The notes beneath the pieces were generated by a model. That model saw nothing but the letters and a program-made list of their open reading frames with translations, made no database searches and had not been told where the DNA came from. DNA of 63,900 nucleotides, counting the filler. It is 15 parts of 15 records of this genome, joined end to end, with 100 filler letters (N's around TTAATTAATTAA, not from the genome) between each part and the next. Parts side by side here need not be neighbours in the genome. Positions count along the whole stretch, not along the records: positions 10,608 to 14,883 come from SRR15195285_6297; positions 14,984 to 20,890 come from SRR15195285_6310; positions 20,991 to 24,282 come from SRR15195285_6320; 12 more parts are not named here. The stretch is one strand, 5' to 3'. Numbering within the stretch: the first letter of the stretch is position 1; each line of letters opens with the position of its first letter. This document shows, one piece after another, positions 11,152 through 23,749 of this stretch. The position numbers were made by a program, and so were the translations under genes.

Positions 11152-13889
11152 TACAAGTCCAAGGGCTACGAATACTTCGATGTGTGGGCGCCGGAGATCG
11201 CGACCCACTACGGCGAGGTTTTCTGGACCGACCAGGGCGTGACCCCGCTCCCCGATGAGATCATCAAGCGCTTCGACGGCAAAGTTATGGTGCGTGTTCT
11301 GCAGGCAGCTGCCTTGACTCGTCGTGTGGGCGCACGTCAGTCGTCTGCACGTGCGAAGCGCTCTGCCTGACACAATGGCTATGCATCCGACAGGCCATCA
11401 TGGGCTACGAGCAGGACCAGGTCATCGTCGACCCGCTCGGCAACCCCGGCCAGAACCCAGAGAAGGACACCTCCGTCCCGATCAACTGGGCGTACAACCA
11501 CCACTACATGGCCTGGATGACCGGCAAGCACTCCGAGATGAAGGAGGTCCCCGTGCAGGAGGACTCCTACGGCAGCGGCGCCCACGGCAAGACGACCGAG
11601 ATGCGCGCGGTCGCCAAGGAGGACCAGTCGGGCCGCCTCTGGGCCGACGTCGCAGAGTCGGCCCAGATGTTCTCCGAGGGCAACGGCGGCGAGAGCCGCA
11701 AGTCCTTCCACGGCTACCCGAAGGGCCAGGCCCAGCTCATCGAGTCCCCAACCGGATGGCACATCACCCCGATGCAGATCGACACGCGCAACCGCGTCCA
11801 CGGTGTCACTGCGGCGGACGTCCACAAGTGCACGAACTTCTCTGGCGTCGGCGAGAACGGCAAGAAGTGCGCTGGCTACGAGCCCCGCCAGGCGCGCTAC
11901 GGGCGCGGATGGGGAGGCGTGCGCGAGGCTCCGAAGGACCCGGGACACTACTCCGGCATTCTTGAGTGCCCCTGCAACTCTCGCTACGGCGGCGACCCGA
12001 TGTTCTACCCGCATGCCGACACGAAGCAGCTGGAGGACAAGATCATGGCGATCACCTCTGGCAACTGTGGTTCTGGCCAAGACTTCAAGGCCGCGCAGGA
12101 CTGCTACGACGCCATTGCGGGCCTCGGCTTCAACGCAACCAAGATTTCCAACAAAACGGAGTCTGACGCAAAGCAGCCCAGCGGCTGCATCCTCCTCAAG
12201 AATGCGGACGGTTCCGCCGATGCCGTCTTCAACACCGCGGGCAGCGGCAAGTGCCTCGCTTCGGGCACCAAGGTCGGCGCCTCCAAGAGCGAAGTGACCA
12301 ACGTCACGGTCGGCATCAAGATGACCACCAGCGGCAACGCCACAATGACCCGCAGCGCCAAGGGTGTGTTCTGCTCAGAAAACCATGCTGGTGTCCTCAA
12401 GAGCTTCACCGCCAAGGATGCCACAGTCGCCTCTCAGACCGCCGCCCTCCAGGCGTGCGAGGCGTTCTGCATGACCGAAGAGAAGTGCAGCGCATGCTCC
12501 GTTGACCACATGAACAGCGGCATCAACCGCTGGGTCGCTATCCCGTCCTGCGGCACCCAGTCAAAGTGGGCTGGCGCTATTCCTGGGGACGTCTCCGTCA
12601 AGGCCGTGGCTGGTGACGTGGAGATCACCCTCTCCGGCCCGGCTGACGCTTGGTTTGGCGTCGGCTTCAACGCCGTGACCATGGCCAACTCGCCGTACAC
12701 CCTCATTGTCAACTCTTCCGGTGTTGCCGAACGCAAGATTGGCACCTGCGGCTCCGAAGCCGAGCACTGCCCGGGTACCCCCCTCGCCACTTCGATCAAG
12801 GTGGTATCCGACACTGTCGTCGACGGTGTGCGCACTGTTGTCGTCACCCGGCCGGCCGCCGGCGCCACCAAAGACCACTACACTTTCGGCGAGCCGACCA
12901 TCAACTACATCTCCGCTCAGGGCTGGGACCAGATCTTCGCGCAGCACAAGGTGCACGACTCCGTGACTGTCTCACTCATGGAGCCAACCGGCGCCACATG
13001 CGTCTGTACTACCGGGACGACCGGCCAGCTCTGCGCCACCAACGGCACCTCCTGTGGCAAGTTCCAGAAGAACTGCGCACCGCACTCCCCCACCCTCGGC
13101 AACAAGGGTGAGTCCTCTGGCGACCTCCTGTCTCAGCGCAACCCAACTTGCAACTCGGCACAGTACGCCGGCGGCCTGTCCTGCTGCCACCACAAGCGCA
13201 TCATGCTGGACGCCGACCAAGACTGGGACCAGGCCGACAACAACGGGGCCGTGCTGCGCTACCACATGAAGTTCCGCTTCTGGTTCCAGGAGTACACCCC
13301 CGCCACCAACACCTCCACGCCCGTCCCGGCGTCCCACCTCGACCTGCCTCGCATCTACTTCCAGACTGAGGCAAACGCTGGCGAGTACGACATCCCACCG
13401 GCCTTTCACCTCGACGACACTGACAAGATTGTCGGCTACCCGGAAGTCGGCCCGTACCCGGAGCTCACACCAGGCTCGAGCTGCACTGGCAACTGCCCGC
13501 ACGGCGACGACTGCAGCTGCATCCACACTATCACCTACAACCACACGGTCGGGAACATGCGCCTAATCTACGCTGGCGGCCACTGCCACGCGCCCGCCTG
13601 CATTGGCATCTGGCTCTACCGCAACGATCCTGGCCACGAGATGGAGCTGCTCTGCCATCAGGCTCCGATCTACGGCAAGGGCACCGGCGTTAACTCAGTC
13701 GCGGGCATGTACGACGAGGAGGGCTACCTCGCCCTCCCGCCGTGCTTGTGGGGCGACGACGAAGGCCTCCACCCGTCGATCCTGCTGCCGGCGAAAACGG
13801 AACTCGTGTCTGTCAAGAAGAACAAGAACACCCACCAAGGCCACTTCGGTGAGATGGCCAGCTGGCAGATGCGAGGACGCAACTTCTAA
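11152..13889 (+). CDS. Cys-rich SURNod19-like / copper type II monooxygenase-fold protein with an inserted DOMON domain (5' exons missing); intron 11290-11393
   Basis: Exon 11152-11289 splices in frame to the 829-aa ORF. Motifs YNHHYM, GGESRKSFHGYP, MQIDTR, LECPC, LSCCHH, YAGGHCH...ELLC...PIYG.G...EEGY and GHFGEM. DOMON-like ITLSGPADAWFGVGFNA.TM. Strong C/G third-position codon bias. Confidence 0.75.
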
Positions 13890-14494
13890 GGGCTGCGATG
13901 CGATCGTGACAATCGGGGCGCGAGGATGCTAGCAGAAGCTTGTAGAAACGGCACGCTGGTGCTGTTGAGGAGATCGCCCCTAGTGAATGCAAAGTTGTTT
14001 TGTTCATTGTACCTTGCTGGGTATTTGGGGCCGTCACACATCTTGCGGCTCGCTCAACGCCCTGTGGCTCATACTAGTTATGAATAGCAAGCCTGTCCCT
14101 GACTCAGTCCGAATCACTATTGTATAGGAACTGTGGTTCGCGGACGAGAGTATCTTACTCCGGAGAGCCGAAATGTCGAAATTACAGATATATCTGGTTC
14201 CGTGTCATGTCCGGTGACACTAATACAGGCCGAGCGTGTACGGCGTGTCCCCTTGCGTGATTCCACACTCGGAGGGGGGTCCGCTGACCTCTCCGCCGAC
14301 CCTGGTATTGGTGGTGGTGTACGAGACAGTGTCCGGTCTGGTACCAGCGATCGTGGTGCGTCGCGTCATGTCCCACAACACACAGGGCGGAGGTTGTCTC
14401 AACGTATGCCCTATGCTCGTGCCCAGTGTCATGGATGGATCGCCATAATTGATCGATCAAAACCCCAAAACTTTTATTTGTAGCGAAAGCAACA

Positions 14495-14883
14495 CTAAAG
14501 TAGCTCGCCGTTCACGAGTTCGAAGCATCCGAGGACGAGTCCTAGCTGTGTGGCAACGAACTGCACGACGAAAAAGTCCTTCAGCAAGTAAGCCACGTAA
14601 TCGAAAAAGAACTCTTCCACGAGCTCGTTCGAGAGCGAAAGAATCTGGTGTTGTCCACCGACGGTGGAAACCAACACACAGATGACCAGCCAACATGCTA
14701 TCACTGCTTGGATTGACCCCAAGACAAAATCACAGCAAGTGTTGCGCAGACACTCAGTTTCGAAATCATGCTCTCCATCGACGGTTTTCCTAAGTTTCGT
14801 CTCCAAAAGCAGTGATCACCAATTGACGATGTTCTTCCGGATTTCTAATTGAGCTGGTACGTTTGTCCGTCTGTAGGCCGCGC
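14495..14883 (-). CDS. Possible 3' fragment of a membrane protein with two hydrophobic segments
   Basis: ORF 14495-14806 contains AVIACWLVICVLVS and FFVVQFVATQLGLVLGC. It lies at the contig end, convergent with the upstream gene. Confidence 0.35.
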
Positions 14884-15265
14884 NNNNNNNNNNNNNNNNN
14901 NNNNNNNNNNNNNNNNNNNNNNNNNNNTTAATTAATTAANNNNNNNNNNNNNNNNNNNNNNNNNNNNNNNNNNNNNNNNNNNNCATGGAAAAGCAAAATC
15001 ATACATGTATGTACCCCTTATATTCAAATGCACGAATTATCATTTTTTAAACCCCATATTTTTGAAAGCACACGGTTTCTGAAACGTCGGCTACCGGAGA
15101 CGGCAGAGCTTGTCTTCGGTCTCCACTTTGCGCATCGGGCCTGGCGTGGTGTGGAGCACGGATCGTACCACCACGTCCACCTCAGGCAGCTTTGGAGTTC
15201 AATGCTGTGCCACTATCTTGACTTTGGTCAACCACACACTCGCTTTAGGGCCGAGGTGACTCGCA

Positions 15266-18200
15266 CTACTCAACCTGCAGCCCTAGCTCACGCTTAAGAC
15301 GTGCAACCTCCGATTTTACCCTTGCCATCTCCGCATGCGTCCCCATCTGCTCTAGTCGCGCTACCTCGGCAGTTTCGTATCGCACTGCAGCGCTCGGGGT
15401 GCGTGCCAGTGCCAGTGGTTCTGCAGCGTCGTCATCCAACGCCTGCAGAATCTCGAGCTCACGTCGGTTGCGAGCAAGGTCTTGACGGGACGGGGTGCGA
15501 GACAGCCAGATTCCTAGCTCGTCAGATGTCTCTTTTGCCTGCCCTGCGTGCTCAGGGGCTAGCTCATCCTGCAGCTGGAGAATTTTCTGTCGTTGTGCGT
15601 CCGAAAGATTCGGATTTGAAAGCAACTCCGAATAATGATGCAATTCCGACGAGCCAGTGTGATTGCCCGTGTCCTCCACGCCTTCTTTACTGCTGCCTTG
15701 TGGTGCAGCAGGAACATGCTGCCCGGGGCTACTAGGAGCGTCGAAATTCTGTGTAGTCATCCCCGCACCACGAATCTGAATCCTGGCCTCTCTGACTGCA
15801 ACGGGCGCCGGGCGCGATTCTCGTGTCCTCTTCTGGCGACGGATGACCAGCTTCTTTGTACGCTCTGTCCTCTCCTCCTCTGTCAGCACAAGCTCCGCAG
15901 CATCGGTATCCTTGTAGTAAAACTACCGGTACAGTGCACAACGGAGTGCACAGCACATGCAAACATGCACAACGTTAGATTTGCATTCCACACAATCACA
16001 AAACCCAAAGGCTCATCAAGGGAGTTGCGAGCGTACAAGGCAGTTGTCTCGATACAATTTGACGCCACCGGTGTAGTCCCATTGCATGAATTGCATATCA
16101 GCTGCAGTATCAGTCTTCTTTCCCCTGTATAAGCTGGCGCATGCCACCGAAATTTGGTGTGCAGGAAGGCCACCGTCTCCGAGAGCTGTGGCAATAGCAT
16201 TGCGCATCCGGTCCGCTGTCACGTCGTACCCAGTAGTTCTGAGCGTAATTTCGAGATGCTCGTCTGCCAGAGCAAACGACTCTGGATGGTACCGGATTAC
16301 GCTGATCACCTTCGAGTCCACTGCCTTGTCCTCAGGCCTATCGCGTACTGTCAGGCCGATTTTTTCAGAACCGTGGACAACACCATCAAAGGCTTCGTCC
16401 AGTGTCTGGTCGTCGCGAAATACAGCGCCGCCTAGTTTGCACAGCCGCAAATAGGGTGCGGCAGCCGCTTCAACTGCTTCGGCTTCTTCCAATTTTGCTG
16501 AGACAATTTCCTTGAAGTCTAACATGCCTATGCAATCTAGCGCATGGGTTTCGATCTCGACCTCAAACAGGAACTCGGAAAGGTCGTCCTCGTGTCCATG
16601 AAAACGATACACAGGCAATGTTTTCGGGCCTGTTGTAACTGTGGCGACCGATGTTACTTTGGGTCTTGGTCCAATTTTGAACTGCAGCATGGTTCGAGCA
16701 TCCATAATCTGCACTTCGTCGGTAATCATTACAATTTGATGCGTGTTGTTGCTGCTGCAAATATGCAGCTCTTCGAAACCAACAGAGTAACACGAGATCT
16801 CGTACGTGTCGTCTCGAAACGCAGGAATGTGGAACATTGCAGCAACACTTTCAGCTGTAGAGCACCCGCCAATAGTCTCCAGGGTGCGAGATACCTGCAA
16901 ATTCATGCGCAGGCCTGCATCGTACTCTAGCACCTTGCGTGCGATCCGAATCGGATGTTCCGAGCAGTTGACAAAGAATATGTGGCCTGAGCGCATACTC
17001 TCATCTAACTCTTGCGACTTCAACATTTCGCACAGGTGCTCGACGGCTCCCGGCCCGACCGTTTGTTTAAGTGACGCATGCATCCACTGCGGCGTCAGAG
17101 TTCGGTACTGACCACACATCTTGTGCACCGCAATGCCGGACACACGCTCGTTTTGTTGATTGTACAGCTGTAAAGACTCAGTTTCTGGTATGTGTAGCAC
17201 ATCTGACATCTGATCTAGAACTGTCTTCAATGGAACTCCGACGTCGCACGTCAGGTGCCCAGTGATATCACACCCACATTCGCTGTAGTGGATATGTGCT
17301 GTAGTGGATGTATCAGAAGGACTAGTCTGGAGTGCATCGTTCCAGACTTCTCCGGGCAGCTTGACATCAAGCTGGCAGATTGCTCCACGTAGGTGAAGAA
17401 TATCCTTTACCAGGGTATCACCATCACACTTGAACATAACTGGAGTTGTCCCCGAACTGTCGCGCAGAGTTCGATCCAGGCGCTGGATCGGCTCGAGCCG
17501 CACGAGTCGAATATCATCAAGCGCAAGCTCAAGGTTGAGCTCACGATGAACCTGCTCGAGAGCCCCATCCCACGAAAGCATCTCCTTCACCCACAAGATA
17601 TGCATATGATCGCCGTTGCATACAGCAAATGAAATGGCATCACGCCGGCGCTCCTCTTCTGCTTCCTTCACTAGCGCAGCATCGCGCGCAGCATCGTTCT
17701 CCCGCACTATGTCTGCCAACACTTGCTGCGGGATGAACGTGTCAGCCACAGCGTCGATGTTGCACGCTGGCTCGCGACGGCGGTACATCAACATGTAGGC
17801 CGATGCTTGTGGGACCTCGTAGCCATACGTGTTGTAGTCATATCCACCGAAAGCACTCTCCCACTGACTACGGCCTAGTGGGCCCGTGACTGTTGCGTCG
17901 TTAAACTCGAACCACTGATTTTTCGCGAAGTCGCGAATGTAAGCGTAGTAGTGCCCCGCCCCCGCGGTACCTGTGTGAACGAGAATCGCGTACAGGTCGT
18001 AGTTCAGAGCGTCTGGTGCCTCGAGACCAATTGCAGAACGTCCGCGCATTAGAATGCTCGAACCATCCTTGCCAAAATGGCTGCTTTCAGTCTCGTCCGC
18101 AGAGCCAGAACCTCCAGCACCGCGAAGAGCTGGTGCTTCGTCCAAATACCTTGCAACGTCTAGGGTCTCTGGGAATGTAACTTTGTCTCCAAGCTTCGTC

Positions 18201-20547
18201 GCCTGCTCCGTGCTCCAATCAAAAACAAACCTCTGCATATTCACAGCGAGAAGGTACGGCACTTTTGACAGAGCGGCGCCTTTCTCGGCATCCACTTTCA
18301 CCTTGCACTTTTCACAGTACCACTGATTGTCCCCGCACAGACGCTCGGACTTGTAGTAGTTGTCGAGGCCTTCCTCAATCGATCCAATTGAGTGGGGGTC
18401 TCCGTGTTGTTTGACAGGAACGATTACGGCGCGGAACTCTTCTTCGCGACTACTTTTGAAGCCACACGCTTCACAACGCACATATTGGTTCTCCCGACCG
18501 GCAAAAAGGTTTTTCATCACGCCTGCACCCGTCGTGCCGCGAAAGTTATTTTCGAGTGAATCACAGAAGATATTGAAAAGCTCATTGACGTCGTGCTGCT
18601 GGAATGCCTCCGCTCCAGTCCAGCCAAATGATGTCGTTAGTTGTTTCGTGTCAACTGCCGCAGTCTCTGCATTTTGTAGAAGGCAGAAGAGCTTTTGAAG
18701 CTGGTAGGGAATTGAATCTTCCTTGGATTCGCCTCGCGCTGCATCCCATTGCCATCGATACAAAGCCAGTCGAAGCTCCGGAGTCATGTACAGTGCCTGT
18801 AGCAGACTGTTCATGTAGCACGTAGCACCTTGGTTCCTCAAGCCGGTGAGGTCGTGAGCTGACTCGAGCTCCGTGGTTGCGGCGACGATTTTCTGTCTCA
18901 TTGTCTCCACCAACTCACGCGCTCGCGGTCGCCCGATCGCAGCTTCCAAGATCGACACCTGCTCTTGGAACAATTCTTCGAGCCGCTGGAAGTGCAACAA
19001 GGTTGCTAGTCGGCGTTGCTTTCCCCGCGCTGCCTTCCACTCAGCAAGCATCTTGAGCGGGGCTTCCATTAAGGCCGTCACGATTGCTTCAAATTTCTGC
19101 TCTTCCGGCAGAATGACTCGCTCCAAGAAGACCACCTGTCCATTGTCACCGTTCACCACGTACGAGGTCGACGGGTAGTCGCCAACGCGGACAATGCACT
19201 CAGCACCAGGATAAACGGTGATGCACGCGCTCGTATAGCGATATGGGTACTGGCGGATCGAGCCGACCGGATCTACTGCAAGCCGCTGATGCTCCTCCGG
19301 TACCTCGACATCGGCTGCGGCGCCAGTGAAGTTGTAAAAATGTACCAGGCTTGGGTCTGCAGATGTCGAATCGGGACTCGCTTGACTGCGCCTCACAAAA
19401 ACCAGCTGGCAATCATCGTCGTTGGTCCGGTACGATGTGCGCGTGCTGCCAGCATACACCACAAAGGTTGGGCGATCCGGACAAAGCATTGCGATGGCGC
19501 ACTGCCCTTTGGATCCCTGCTTGCATCACGCGCGCGTGTGGTTAGCGTCACACTCAACAAGAAGCTCTTTCGTGTCTTGGCACGTGCTTGGCATGTTGGC
19601 TCACCGGCGTGTATGGCACGAGAGGCCGGTCGGTACACGGCTGGCTACTCCCAGCTAGGTAAACATCCATCGGCTCGTCTGAAAGGTTCATAAAACGCAC
19701 ACGAATCTGGCCGTCCGCACGGGGGGCTGGTCCGAAGTAGCCGTAGTGGTTGAGCTCTCTCAGCTCGACATCGATTAAGTCAGAACTGATATCGCGCAAG
19801 TCCATACCTTGGTGCAGGAGACGATCCTCGATCTCCTCCAGTGCCATAGTCTAAGAAACAGCCATGCAAGATGCTGGTGATAATCACAGATTCCACGACA
19901 CGGCAGGTATATGCAAGAACATATATAGGCAATCTGCAGCACGTACCAGTTGGCTGTAACCGTACGTCTTAGAAGGTCCCGAGCAAACGATCGTCTCCAA
20001 TGCGCGCACAGGGTGTACACTACCACTTTCCAGCATGGCGCCCATCGTTTTGCGCACCACTTCTCCGCTGAACTCAGAACCTCGCTCCTCTACCTCGCGC
20101 AACACAGCGTCCTGCGTGGCACACGGTGGGATGTCAGCAATCGCAAGAGAAGTCGGCTTCGCAAGACTGTGGCACACCGAGACTTACCACGACAAGTCTG
20201 TTGTGCGTGTCGGTGCCACCAGAAATCGGGTTTGCAGCGACATACGGGCGAGGCTCAATCGGCGCATCTGCAGGCACAGGCGCCAGTGCCCCAGCACGTC
20301 CGCTACCGCGCGCCGCTTGTTCGAGGCCGCCTGGCGATGGCCGAGGGCTCGGGCTCGTGGGGAGCGGCGAGAAACCATCCGCGCGGGGCAGAAGATGGAG
20401 CAGCTGTTCGAGGCCATCCGGTCCATCTTCCGTCGGGGGCTCGGAAGCACCTTGCAGGGACAGCGCCATCGCCCGCGCTAGCTCCTCGTCATCCCACGCC
20501 TGATCGCCGATCTCGGTGCTCATATCGCTGTCTGTCGACGACGGCAT
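15266..20547 (-). CDS. USP47: Ubiquitin carboxyl-terminal hydrolase (peptidase C19, USP47/USP40-like), multi-exon, with an N-terminal UIM
   Basis: Cys box GLRNQGATCYMNSLLQALY, QQHDVNEL, CEAC/CEKC fingers and His box LVHTGTAGAGHYYAYI...WFEFNDATV...SAYMLMYR. The spliced C-terminal exon FYYKD...LTEEER...EARIQIR resembles the USP47 tail. UIM DDEELARAMALSLQG is in exon 1 (donor GTAAGT at about 20187). Confidence 0.85.
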
Positions 20548-20870
20548 GATACTCTATGGGCACTGACTCAGCCTCAATCAGACCGCCGCTGCGTACCCAG
20601 GAAGCCTGCAGCACTGAGGGGACCTCCCTGCAGTCTCCGCCCAGCACACCCGACTCGTCACGCTCGAGCAGCACCCACACCCACTCCAGCTGCACCGCCA
20701 GCACGGCAACCAGCAGAGCCAGCGCTGTGGGTAGGCTACGCGGGTCGAGCACAGCGCACGCCCCACCGCCACCACCACCGCCAGCACTAGCAGCAGTAGT
20801 GTCAGCGGCAGCGGCAGCGCAAGGCAGCAAGCGCAAGGGGCCACCCCGCCCGCCGCCGACCGCCACAACG

Positions 20871-20890
20871 CAGCAGCAGCAGCAGCAGCA
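20871..20890. repeat. (CAG)n repeat at the contig end
   Basis: CAG x6+ running into the linker. Confidence 0.85.
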
Positions 20891-21284
20891 NNNNNNNNNN
20901 NNNNNNNNNNNNNNNNNNNNNNNNNNNNNNNNNNTTAATTAATTAANNNNNNNNNNNNNNNNNNNNNNNNNNNNNNNNNNNNNNNNNNNNATCAAATCAC
21001 ATTGTACTTAAACGCTGTGTATGGTCGCCCGGCGCCGGGCTGCGGCGGCGGCGCGGACACGCGCGCGCGCGCGCCGGAACGAGCGGCAGGCGGAGGGCGA
21101 GGCGGAGGGGACAGGGCCGCCGGGCTGGGAACGCTGCGGCACAGAGAAGAGCGTTGAGGCCCTGCTTGCTTGCTGGCCGGGCTCAGCCAGTGCCGAGCGC
21201 AACGGCGAGGGAGCGCTGCATAGAGAGCCGAAGACTCAGCGGGGCTTGGTGGGTGACATCGGCGGTAGATCGGAGAGGGCGTGG

Positions 21285-22332
21285 ATGCGGGTCGTGTTTG
21301 CGGGCTGCGTTGGGGTCTGCCTGCTGGTTTCGTCTCCGCTCCGCAGCGATGCTGCCGACTGCCCCGCAGGGCAGACAGGTGAGTGTACGGACGACGGCTG
21401 TTGCACTGACGATCAGCAGGTTGCGTGGAACCTGACCGCCTTGGCAGGGGACAAGCATGTAGTGGGCCCACGGGCTGGCAAGCAGTACCTGTTCAATTTG
21501 CTCAGCAACGTCGTCAATGTTCCGAAGGTCTGCCAGGTGTGTATGTGTATGTACGCGCATGTGTGTGCGCGCGCTCGCTTTCTCCTCTAGCTCTTAGTTT
21601 CCCATACAAGGCTGATCAAGAAGTCCACTTGGCATAGGAGTTTGATCCGCCGCTCGTCGAATTCAACGCATTTGAATACGACAGTTCCACGAACAAGTCA
21701 GAAGACACGTGCAAAGCGATTGGCTGCAACATCAATCCGCTGAAGATCACCTCATACGATGGGCTTCACGTGAAACATATTGCTGGGGCACACCCGGGCG
21801 AATTCTTAGGCCTGCAGTTCAAGTACAACAACCCGAGTCTCGGAGAGAGCTTTCTCGTTGCTGACCTGGTGTGTCTCGCGCTAACCCCTAGATCTCAGCC
21901 ATTCATTTTGCACGTGCAAAACTGACCAAGCGATGCGGTGAATAGCTGTGCCAGTGCCACTGGCCAGCCAGCAACCCGAGTGGGGTCGGATCCCCCGAGA
22001 ATTTGCGCCAAGAAGGCGCTGACAAGAAGTGGCGAATCACGTGGAAGACAAAGTACGTGTGCCGGCACTGCTCCAATGAGCCACCGGGCGGGGAGCCGAA
22101 GGCGGAGCCAAGCGGGACCGGCTGGGTGATCACCCTCGTGGTGATCCTCTTGCTGCTAGCGGCGGTGGGCGTCGGTGGGTTCGTGATGTGGAAAAAGAAC
22201 GGACGCCTGCCGTTCGGGCTGCGGCTTCCCTTCATGCCTTCGCGGTCTGGGCTGGATGAAAATTTGAACGCAGAGCCGGCCTCTGACGGCTGGCGCGCCG
22301 ACTCACGTGCCTCGATCGGGGGTGCTGAGTAA
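21285..22332 (+). CDS. Type I membrane protein, ATG27 / cation-dependent mannose-6-phosphate receptor (MRH)-like; exons 21285-21536, 21638-21868, 21946-22332
   Basis: Signal peptide MRVVFAGCVGVCLLVSS, then WNLTAL, YLFNL, C..IG, LQFKY and RITWKTKYVC, a TM segment GWVITLVVILLLLAAVGVGGFVMW and a short tail. Both introns are phase 0 and keep the frame. Confidence 0.7.
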
Positions 22333-22745
22333 AATGGATGGGCGTGTGGAGCCAGCTCCAATTTTCCTTTGCCACCCGTTGAAAACACCGGGCATAAGGC
22401 GCATTGCCGGACTTGTGCTGTAGGAGCCCGTCGCGCAACGACTTGAGGCCGTTCAAAATCACCTGGCGCGTTTGCTCCTCCTTTGGGGCTTTGCCTTGGA
22501 ACACTTGTAGGGACCCAAACCCTAGATGAGTGCTGCTGGCGGCGGGGGTCGCGTACAGGCGCAACTTAGTACGACAATGCATTAACAGCACCACCACAGT
22601 CGCCGCAAGCGCAGCTCTTCCATTGACGAGTACTTGAGTGGACCAAATCACATACACGTGTACGATTCGACGGACGATTCGACCGCCTTGCTGAACTCCA
22701 AGGGGCTCGGATACCGAACGACGAATGCTACAGAGCGCTCTATAA

Positions 22746-23620
22746 CTATGCACCGGTAGCAGAATCGTCGGTCGGCGCCAGTTGGCCCTTCTCCTCCTTT
22801 GACCCGGCCTCCTTCGGAACACCCTCAGCAGTAAAGAGCTTCAGCGTGTTCAGGCCAACAGTCACGCCGGTGCAAATCCAGAAGACCAGGTCCCAGTCCC
22901 AATCGAAGACCGTCTCATCATCCTTGTAGTTGTATGGCTCCACAGTGGAGGCATAGAAAGAGAGCGATGCCCAGATGAGGTTGACGATAGCCCAGAACGA
23001 CAGAGCTTGAGTATTCATATTCAGCGCCTTGGCGCCACGGTATTGGCCGACGGTCTGCTCGAGGAAGAACATGGTGTGGAAGAAGCCCTACGGCCGTTGG
23101 CGTTGTGTTCAGGGCATGGAGCGTGAGTGCTACATGTTTTGCACAAGATAGCGCGGGAATGGCGGAGGCGCACCGTCGCAGTCATCATGAGCTGGGATGG
23201 CGGACCCTCCTTCAGAATACAAATGAAGATAAGGTTGATGCCACCAAATGTGTAGCCCAGAGCCGCGAGCAAGGCGGTGAGCCTGCGGGCGGCGGACGAC
23301 AGCAGCCGATTCGTCTGGATGTTTCAGCTAGGCACAAGAAGGAGGGGGCACGGGCATGCTCACTGGCCCTTGCCCACGGGACTTTCGGGAAGCTCAGTAA
23401 AATACGCCGTCAGCGTCTTCTCGCGGAAGAGGCTCATCGACACGAAGTTGAGCGCGCCGAAGCAGATCCCCGCGAACTGCACGCACCACGCCCGGCGCAG
23501 CTGCTCAGCATGTGGTGGCGATGCCTTCACGCACGTTCAGAACAGCCTCTGAGACAGAGCGGTGGCGCTTACAAAGAGGACCGAGACCCAGTCCGTCCCC
23601 AGTTCGTCCGATTCTGCCAT
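22746..23620 (-). CDS. Multi-pass (about 5 TM) membrane protein of unknown function, 3 introns
   Basis: ATG at 23620 (MAESDELGTDWVSVLFVS). Introns at about 23477-23534, 23283-23363 and 23088-23173 join hydrophobic exons (FAGICFGALNF, LLAALGYTFGGINLIFI, ALSFWAIVNLIW, LVFWICTGVTVGL). Confidence 0.65.
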
Positions 23621-23735
23621 GTTGCTGTTCAAACGCTCACGAGTAGGCCTGTGTGGAGCAGGGCCTTCAAGTAGTGGCGACGGTGCCACGCGGGGACTCG
23701 CGTGCGTTGACCGACACCTGAGGCGCTACACGTAC

Positions 23736-23749
23736 CGTACAGCTGTACG
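23736..23749. promoter_or_regulatory. Perfect 14-bp palindrome CGTACAGCTGTACG in a divergent intergenic region
   Basis: Self-complementary and about 115 nt upstream of ATG 23620. The core ACAGCTGTACG recurs at 10698-10708. Confidence 0.4.

Noticed and set aside
14244-14260. Minus-strand CGCAAGGGGACACG resembling part of U6 snRNA
   Set aside because: No ACAGAGA box or other U6 segments nearby, and the match is too short.
20489-20890. Overlapping ORFs upstream of the USP gene (poly-Q/Pro on +, hydrophobic on -)
   Set aside because: Low-complexity GC-rich sequence open in several frames. I cannot pick a real frame, and a + ATG 8 nt from the USP ATG is implausible.
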